This document shows positions 57,534 through 64,000 of a stretch of 64,000 bases of DNA, in pieces. Position numbers and translations under genes: made by a program. This DNA comes from an uncultured Chlamydiae bacterium (GTDB lineage Bacteria; Chlamydiota; Chlamydiia; Chlamydiales; JAJFMA01), in assembly GCA_963713615.1 (NCBI GenBank), contig CAVQMM010000001.1, positions 2,848,001 through 2,912,000 of the forward strand. Reading direction: 5' to 3'. The notes beneath the pieces are model-generated. The model was not told where the DNA came from, did no database searches, and saw only the letters and a list, made by a program, of their open reading frames with translations. The stretch's first letter is position 1, and each line of letters begins with the position of its first letter.

Positions 57534-60500
57534 AGCAGTTACCAAAAGTTTTGATGTCCTTAGCAGAGAGTTAAAAGTCCATCAACATCACATCCTTGAG
57601 GCATCCGCCGGTACAGGTAAGACCTTTTCCATTGAAAATCTGGTCGTACGTTTATTGATCGAATCCGACGAACCTTTAGAACTATCACAAATCTTAGTGA
57701 TGACTTTTACCCGAGCGGCCACCAGAGAGCTTCGTCAACGGGTTAGGGAAAATATCCAAAACGCGATTGAGTTCCTTACCTCTTCTGAAGGCTCCTGTCC
57801 AGATTTTATCTGCGCTATTAAGGAACAGCCGCAAGATGTTATAGACAAAGCCAAGCGGCGTCTGGAGGTTGCGCTGGGGACTTACGATGAAGCCCAAATT
57901 TTTACCATTCACGGCTTCTGCGCACGTGTCTTACGCGAATGCCAGGAGGGCACGTTATTGCCCATTGATGGACGAGAAGAGCAAGGCTTGTCCGATTCGC
58001 TAGTACGCCAGCTTGTCAGAGACGTTTTTCGTACGGAGGTCTTGCCGAATGAGTGCAGTCCCGGTCAGCTCGAACGCTTACTTAATGACTTCAAAGGTGA
58101 TGACGAGAAGTTGCAGAAATCTCTAGCGTCATTTGCGCTAAAGGCGCCAATTGCGTCTGTACCGAGTTTTTGCGAACATTATCGATCCTTTCAGGCGGCA
58201 ATACAATTACTGCAAGACAAGTATGCGTGCGATATTGTAGGCCTTTACCAGCGCTTGGGAGCGGCCTACAAAAAATATGATGACGCGGCTACTGAGAAGA
58301 TCGAACGATTCGCCCAGATATTCGAAAAGGATCTCACAGATGAAAGGGATCTAGATCAACTAATTAGAGACGATTGCATTTTACCTAAGGCTCTTGAAGC
58401 ATCTCAACGAAAGAAGAGCGGTGCTAAAAATGCTCCATGGCCCACCCCCGAAGAAGAGGACTTCCTTGAGGCCCTACGAAAACATCTTCTTCCAATTGTA
58501 GGCCTGGCTAGCGATGTGAAGCGTATTTTTGCATGGATGGCTAGGAAATGTCAGGATTTTATTCGTCGTTATGTTGAGGAAGAGGGTATTGCTGGCGCTG
58601 ATCAAATTTTGGAACAAATGGCCGAGGCTGTTGACGATGAGTCCTTCCGAAGCCGCGTCGCTCTGCGCTATCGCTTTGCTATTGTCGATGAGTTTCAGGA
58701 CACGGATCCTATTCAATGGGGCATTCTGCAGAAGCTTTTTTTGCAGGATTCTCGTGTTCATATGGCGCTAGTTGGGGATCCCAAGCAGGCAATTTATTCG
58801 TTTCGTCGTGCCGATGTTTACACCTATATGCAGGCGGTTTCTAGTTTTGCTTCAGAGTATCATGCTTCTCTTGATACAAACTTTCGCTCCTGCACGCCAT
58901 TGGTCGAGGCAGTCAATTATCTCTTTAATGAGGAAGATAATCCAAATCTACTCATTATGCCCGCGTTAGATAGATGTTTATCGTTCCGCCCAGCACTGCC
59001 TGCGCCAAGGGCTCAGAAGTCCTCCATAGATGATGGACGCGGTGCTATTCATATGTTCATAGCTCGTGGTAAACGGAGCCGCTCCAATGTCAACTGGCCC
59101 ACAGGTGACATGAAGGAAGCCTTTGTACTGCCTTTTCTGGTACAAGAAATTACCCGATTAGCAGAGTTTGGCCGTTCTTATCGCGATATTGCCATTCTCA
59201 TCCGAGACCGCTATGAGGCATCGGATACGCTGGAATTCTTGCGCCACCATCAGATTCCAGCCATTCTTGAACGTAGTGGTAGTATTACACAATCATCGGC
59301 CCTAGATGCTTTCTTGGAGCTTCTTCATGCTGTGCTGCGCCCCTGGGACAATGCTGCATTGTTCCAGCTCTTGGGTGGAGGTTTGCTGGCTTTTAGCCAA
59401 TCAACAGCGAGTGAGTGGAGTCTTCAGTCCCGTAACATCAGTCTTGTTTATAGCCTGCGTGATATTTTGCATCATCAGGGTGTGTCTAGCTTTATGCAGG
59501 CATTCTTGCTAAGCCGTTGGACTTCGGATAGTATGACGGTCATGGAGACCTTGTTGTCTCGTGATGGCGGTGTAGAGGTATATCGTGACCTGAGACATCT
59601 CACAGAGATCCTCACCGAACAGCATCTGCCTGCTAGTGGTCTGATTATCGCCCTACAAGAGCTGCGGCTGGCCGATGATGATGAACGTTATTACATACGC
59701 TCCGATGCTTCACAAGATGCTGTGCGTATCCTAACTATCCACGCTAGTAAAGGACTGGAATATCCCATTGTATTTGCTACGGGGCTTAAAGAACGCTCAA
59801 AGACCAAGGATAGCCTTGTTCCAGATCATTCCGGAACCGGAACTTTGGTGATTGCTGAGGAGAATGGATCTGCCATAGAGAGCTTCTTATGTGAACAGGA
59901 TGCTGAGAAAATCCGCCTCGCTTATGTAGCCATGACTAGGGCCAAGGAGCGCTTGTATCTTCCTTTGCTCATCGAAGAGGACTCCAAGATTACCCAAGGG
60001 CAGGCTTCTCCGCTAGAACTGATTGTAGGAGGCCTAGGACGGGCCAAGATGAGTCGCGTCGCCTTATATGAATGCATCAAAAATCTTTCAGACCAGTCTT
60101 TGATTGATTTCCTGAACACTAAAGTCCCTCAGTGCTGCATCAGCTATGAAGTCTTGCGGAATTCACCGAGCATCTGCAGGAATCCTATCCTGAAGATACC
60201 ACCAGTCCTAGTAGCGCCCCCATCAGTACAGGTCCCTGGTATTCCCTCTTGGATGCACTCATTCACATCCCTTTCAAGTCACAATCAGGTAGAGCATGAA
60301 GCAATATCCTTAGATGGTTGTCCTAGGGAGTTTAATGCTCGTATCAAAAATGCCCACACTCTTCCAGCTGGTAGTGAGGTAGGTGTTTTAGTACATGAAA
60401 TCATGGAAAAAATGCCCTTGGAGTATATAAAAGCTACTCATTCTCCGGAAGAGTTGCTTCCCTTTATTCAGGAGTATGCTGCGTCTACGCCCTTTTCCGC

Positions 60501-60987
60501 TTGGAGTAGTGCCATCGCAAACGTTGTTTTCGCCGGCTTCAAAACCCCGATCACCTTGGGAAGTTGCCATATTCCCCTCTGTGAAATCAGTACCGACTCC
60601 TCATTTAGGGAAATGGAATTTTTGTTCGCTCAGGCGCCGGACAGCTTTTCATCTGGAGAAGGTTTTTTGAAAGGTTTTGTGGATTTCGTATTTTCCCATG
60701 AAGGTAGTTATTACATAGTTGATTGGAAGACTAACTGGTTGGGTCCTGACCAAGATCACTATAATATTGAAGCCTTAGAGGCTGCTATGCGCCGAGGTAG
60801 CTATGCCTTGCAGGCTAATATCTATGCCGAGGCCATGGAGCGGTATCTACGTTGCTTTGAGGAAAGGCCATTCGAGGAGTGTTTTGGGGGCATTTATTAC
60901 CTGTTTCTGAGAGGTATGAATCCAGAAATTCCCAATAGCGGTGTTGTCAATATTAACCCTGTGGGGGTAGCACTATGTCAGGAATAG
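57526..60987 (+). CDS. recB: Exodeoxyribonuclease V beta subunit
   Basis: EASAGTGKT, DEFQDTD, GDPKQAIYSFR, TIHASKGLE, YVAMTRA and nuclease GFVD...VDWKT. Confidence 0.96.
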   Translation: MIEAVTKSFDVLSRELKVHQHHILEASAGTGKTFSIENLVVRLLIESDEPLELSQILVMTFTRAATRELRQRVRENIQNAIEFLTSSEGSCPDFICAIKEQPQDVIDKAKRRLEVALGTYDEAQIFTIHGFCARVLRECQEGTLLPIDGREEQGLSDSLVRQLVRDVFRTEVLPNECSPGQLERLLNDFKGDDEKLQKSLASFALKAPIASVPSFCEHYRSFQAAIQLLQDKYACDIVGLYQRLGAAYKKYDDAATEKIERFAQIFEKDLTDERDLDQLIRDDCILPKALEASQRKKSGAKNAPWPTPEEEDFLEALRKHLLPIVGLASDVKRIFAWMARKCQDFIRRYVEEEGIAGADQILEQMAEAVDDESFRSRVALRYRFAIVDEFQDTDPIQWGILQKLFLQDSRVHMALVGDPKQAIYSFRRADVYTYMQAVSSFASEYHASLDTNFRSCTPLVEAVNYLFNEEDNPNLLIMPALDRCLSFRPALPAPRAQKSSIDDGRGAIHMFIARGKRSRSNVNWPTGDMKEAFVLPFLVQEITRLAEFGRSYRDIAILIRDRYEASDTLEFLRHHQIPAILERSGSITQSSALDAFLELLHAVLRPWDNAALFQLLGGGLLAFSQSTASEWSLQSRNISLVYSLRDILHHQGVSSFMQAFLLSRWTSDSMTVMETLLSRDGGVEVYRDLRHLTEILTEQHLPASGLIIALQELRLADDDERYYIRSDASQDAVRILTIHASKGLEYPIVFATGLKERSKTKDSLVPDHSGTGTLVIAEENGSAIESFLCEQDAEKIRLAYVAMTRAKERLYLPLLIEEDSKITQGQASPLELIVGGLGRAKMSRVALYECIKNLSDQSLIDFLNTKVPQCCISYEVLRNSPSICRNPILKIPPVLVAPPSVQVPGIPSWMHSFTSLSSHNQVEHEAISLDGCPREFNARIKNAHTLPAGSEVGVLVHEIMEKMPLEYIKATHSPEELLPFIQEYAASTPFSAWSSAIANVVFAGFKTPITLGSCHIPLCEISTDSSFREMEFLFAQAPDSFSSGEGFLKGFVDFVFSHEGSYYIVDWKTNWLGPDQDHYNIEALEAAMRRGSYALQANIYAEAMERYLRCFEERPFEECFGGIYYLFLRGMNPEIPNSGVVNINPVGVALCQE

Positions 60988-62813
60988 CTCAGCGGCTCTT
61001 TGCCGAAAGATATGATACTGCAATAGGTTCGAGGACTAGTCTCCCCGCTTCTAATGATGTCCTGCGGCGCTTGATTCAGGCGGGTTACCCCTTGACTCTG
61101 GAACAAGCATTGGCGAAACAGCTTCTCGGAGCTACTTCAAGCGTGCCTGCCGCCATAGCATTTGTGACCTATCTATGCCTAGCGGTTAGACAAGGACATT
61201 TATGTGTTCTCCATAGCCCTGATGGCCTTAAACCAGATCCCGTCTTGGTATTGGCGTATTCTTTGCCTGATAAGAAGGGGATTTTAACGGATCAATCGCT
61301 TGTTAGGCAGTTCGAGAGCCTAATTCGCGAAGGAGCGACGTTATTGCCTTCGCTCATCGACTTTGATGATGCACGCAATTCCTTGGTTTCGTGTGATGGA
61401 AGGTACTATCTAAGGCGATTTTGGAATTATGAATCTATTATCGTCAGGAATATCCAAAGGCTACTGAAGCAACCTCCTAGGCTTGCCGTGCCTGCCACTT
61501 GGGCTGAACATCAGCTTCAGCTTCTTCAACAAGCTGGTGTTCTTAAGGAAGCGCAAGCCAAGGCTATCAGGCTCTCTTGCGGGCAATGCCTCACATTTGT
61601 AGCAGGTGGTCCAGGCACTGGCAAAACCTATACCGCAGCTCAGACAATAGCCCTCATCGTACGCGCCACGCATGAAGCTGGGCGCCAGCTGAACATCGCC
61701 CTAGCTGCTCCCACTGGTAAAGCGGCGGCTAATCTATCAGCAACCCTAGGACGATCTCTAGAGGACTTTAACGTCATTGTGCGTGCGCAAACGCTACATG
61801 CACTGCTCGGCATTGGCAAGCGCAGTGATGACGATGAGTGGGAGGCTGCAACGCTTGGAGCGGATTTGATTGTTGTCGATGAGGGCTCCATGGTAGATGC
61901 CTATCTCATGGCACGGCTACTAAATGCTACCAAGGAAGGTGCACGCCTGATCATTTTAGGCGACCCCGAGCAATTACCCTCTGTGCAAGCTGGCGGAGTC
62001 TTTTCCGATATGGTCGCGAGTTTCGCCTCCTGTAGCGGACCCGTTGTCTATTTGCAGGAGTGTGTGAGAACAGATGCTCCTCTCGTTTTAAAAATGGCAG
62101 CGGCAGTGCAAAATGGGGATATTGGTTGTTTGCAGAGCATGGTACGAACATGGGATTCCGGTGATGATCATAGAGTCTGGCGAGCGATTGTAGATCACTG
62201 CACCCCACTGTTGACTTTGTCTGCAAGGCTACCAAATGACACCCTGTGTCGTAGCGCTAACGAGGTGCGACTCCTCACTCCTTTGCGCGATGGCCCCTGG
62301 GGGGTGGATCAGCTTAATAGAAAGCTCCTCGAACTCGCCTGGCAAGCACAGGATACCGCGCCGCGCGCCGTTCCCATCATCATCACCACCAATGACTACC
62401 GATTGGGACTATTTAACGGAGACGTAGGCATTCTGATTTGCCATGGCAGAGAGGTCAGCGAATTTCGTTCCAGTGAAGCTGACTATGCACTATTTAGTAC
62501 TGCTACAGGAGAGGTGCAGCGCATAGATGCCATTCGTCTACCAAAGTATGAATATGCCTACTGCTTGTCTGTACACCGCAGTCAGGGTAGCGAATACGAT
62601 AGGGTTCTCTTGCTGCTCCCACCACGCTCGGAAGTCTTTGGTCGCGAAATCGTCTATACCGGTGTCACGCGAGCTCGACATGCGGTTGATATATGGTCCT
62701 CACGGCAGGTTCTAGAGATAATGCTAGCACGGCGTATGCAACGCTATTCTGGACTACGCGAAAGGCTCGGCGCTATACCTAAAGATGGTTGTGAGAGCTT
62801 TAATGGCTCCTAA
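60975..62813 (+). CDS. recD: Exodeoxyribonuclease V alpha subunit
   Basis: GGPGTGKT, APTGKAA, VDEGSM, GDPEQL.SV, NGD.G, VHRSQGSEY and YTG.TRAR. Confidence 0.96.
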   Translation: MSGIAQRLFAERYDTAIGSRTSLPASNDVLRRLIQAGYPLTLEQALAKQLLGATSSVPAAIAFVTYLCLAVRQGHLCVLHSPDGLKPDPVLVLAYSLPDKKGILTDQSLVRQFESLIREGATLLPSLIDFDDARNSLVSCDGRYYLRRFWNYESIIVRNIQRLLKQPPRLAVPATWAEHQLQLLQQAGVLKEAQAKAIRLSCGQCLTFVAGGPGTGKTYTAAQTIALIVRATHEAGRQLNIALAAPTGKAAANLSATLGRSLEDFNVIVRAQTLHALLGIGKRSDDDEWEAATLGADLIVVDEGSMVDAYLMARLLNATKEGARLIILGDPEQLPSVQAGGVFSDMVASFASCSGPVVYLQECVRTDAPLVLKMAAAVQNGDIGCLQSMVRTWDSGDDHRVWRAIVDHCTPLLTLSARLPNDTLCRSANEVRLLTPLRDGPWGVDQLNRKLLELAWQAQDTAPRAVPIIITTNDYRLGLFNGDVGILICHGREVSEFRSSEADYALFSTATGEVQRIDAIRLPKYEYAYCLSVHRSQGSEYDRVLLLLPPRSEVFGREIVYTGVTRARHAVDIWSSRQVLEIMLARRMQRYSGLRERLGAIPKDGCESFNGS

Positions 62814-63059
62814 AACCTCAACTGGGCTAATTGAGCTAACCGTCGTGTCGTTGTAGGTTTCAATGTAAAGCGGTTTTACAAGCAAAGTGTCAGATGTGTG
62901 ATCATGCCGAAGCGCTTCGTGTGTGTCATTCATCAGCTATACAGGAGCTTGGAATTGGACATAAAAACATGATTCATAGGATATGCATGATATGTAGGAT
63001 AAACAAGAGAAGCCTCAAAACAGCACCCTCTGGTGAGTTCGAAATACGGTAAATGATTC

Positions 63060-63496
63060 TCTTTTAAGTTTGGAAAAGCTCCAGGCAGCGTAATTCCTGC
63101 CGAGACAGTCCAGTTACTTCCATTAAAAACATTTGCGTTGAAGAGTTAGAAGGGCTTAACGGAAGCTGCGAAGGGGTTTCTAAAAAGGTGATCCGCATCA
63201 AAGCGATGCCTAAGTTTCTGTTGCTGATTAACGTCCAAAGCACAAGGACTCATCAGTTGTCCCGATTGAAAGAGGTCGGGATGAGCCATGTAGGGGTTAT
63301 TTATGTAATACTCTTCCGCATAGTAATAGTCCATGAATTCGGTTGCATTACTAAGGGTTGCAAAGTGTCCATTTTCATCTACATAATAGTAAGTGAAATA
63401 AGGAATGCCTAGATATTGCGTGAGTGGCTTGCAGATTTTCTTTATCTTAGCATCATAACGCACGGAATAGCGTGTGATAATTTCATGCATATTCAT
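63060..63496 (-). pseudogene. LuxR-type regulator remnant (autoinducer-binding-like N-domain plus truncated HTH)
   Basis: 116-aa N-terminal ORF; downstream in another frame GLSRQELRCLELFQT* resembles the start of a LuxR HTH. Confidence 0.55.
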
Positions 63497-63662
63497 GTAA
63501 GATATTTTGTTTTATAAAATAATAAACTGTTCGAAATATTTATTTAAATTTTAAGTGTCTAGCCTATTAAAGTCAAGAAGCCTTCAGCTTCTTATGTGAG
63601 GCGTTCGTATGATTAAACTGGGGTGTACATTTAGCGGAGACGTTGTAAAGCCGCTTTACAAG

Positions 63663-64000
63663 CTAGGAACTTTGCAGAGCCTCAATTCTTCCCCTAATCA
63701 CGTCGACCATAGGTTTGCCAGAGCCGGTCTCCTCAATCGTAGGGCTTGCTGAATCTATCCAGAGCAATATCATCCCAATTAGAGACAGAATAGTGGCTTG
63801 TTGCAACTCCTCATCAGGCTTAAGGAACGTATACCGAAAGAACACTTGCCCTGCGCCTTCATCCAAGATAAATCCAGGAGTTGGAAGTGCACTGTTGAAG
63901 AAATTAGTAGCTCGAAGAACTTCCCAAGCACTACCCTCACTAATCTTAAAGGGAAGGACCGAAAGCAGTTGCACGAAGGTCTCAGTATGCTTATTTTCGC
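63663..64000 (-). CDS. Small T3SS-chaperone/YbjN-like protein, partial (starts beyond the window)
   Basis: LPF...EV.R..NF.N..LP.PGFILDE....VFFRY pattern. Confidence 0.55.
   Translation of the reverse strand, partial: ENKHTETFVQLLSVLPFKISEGSAWEVLRATNFFNSALPTPGFILDEGAGQVFFRYTFLKPDEELQQATILSLIGMILLWIDSASPTIEETGSGKPMVDVIRGRIEALQSS

Overview
This is a chromosomal window from an environmental Chlamydiae genome, judged from homologues of the chlamydial thrS-parA(pGP5-like)-pGP6-like-CT584 block, a CT623-like outer-membrane protein, tatAC, ung and an MFS/acyltransferase gene divergent from recC-recB-recD. Positions 1-14.85 kb look like an integrated island abutting the 3' end of tRNA-Pro(GGG). The island carries a DUF5681-like gene, two copies of a small gene each followed by different defence-type cargo (XRE plus AlbA_2/HATPase; a 795-aa Zn-ribbon/PD-(D/E)xK protein), a restriction-modification pair, ISAs1, and an IS21 with 205-bp inverted ends. 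The core region is heavily decorated with mobile DNA: a decayed REP-associated tyrosine transposase (RAYT) with related REPIN-like palindromes that were hit by IS66 and IS481, several unrelated long palindromes/MITEs, and a recurring 17-bp palindrome at gene ends. A dead group IIC intron (33659-41735) holds ISAs1 in its YADD motif and three nested copies of an IS66 that has a tnpA-like gene at both ends. All family assignments come from motif recognition by eye; no database searches were run.
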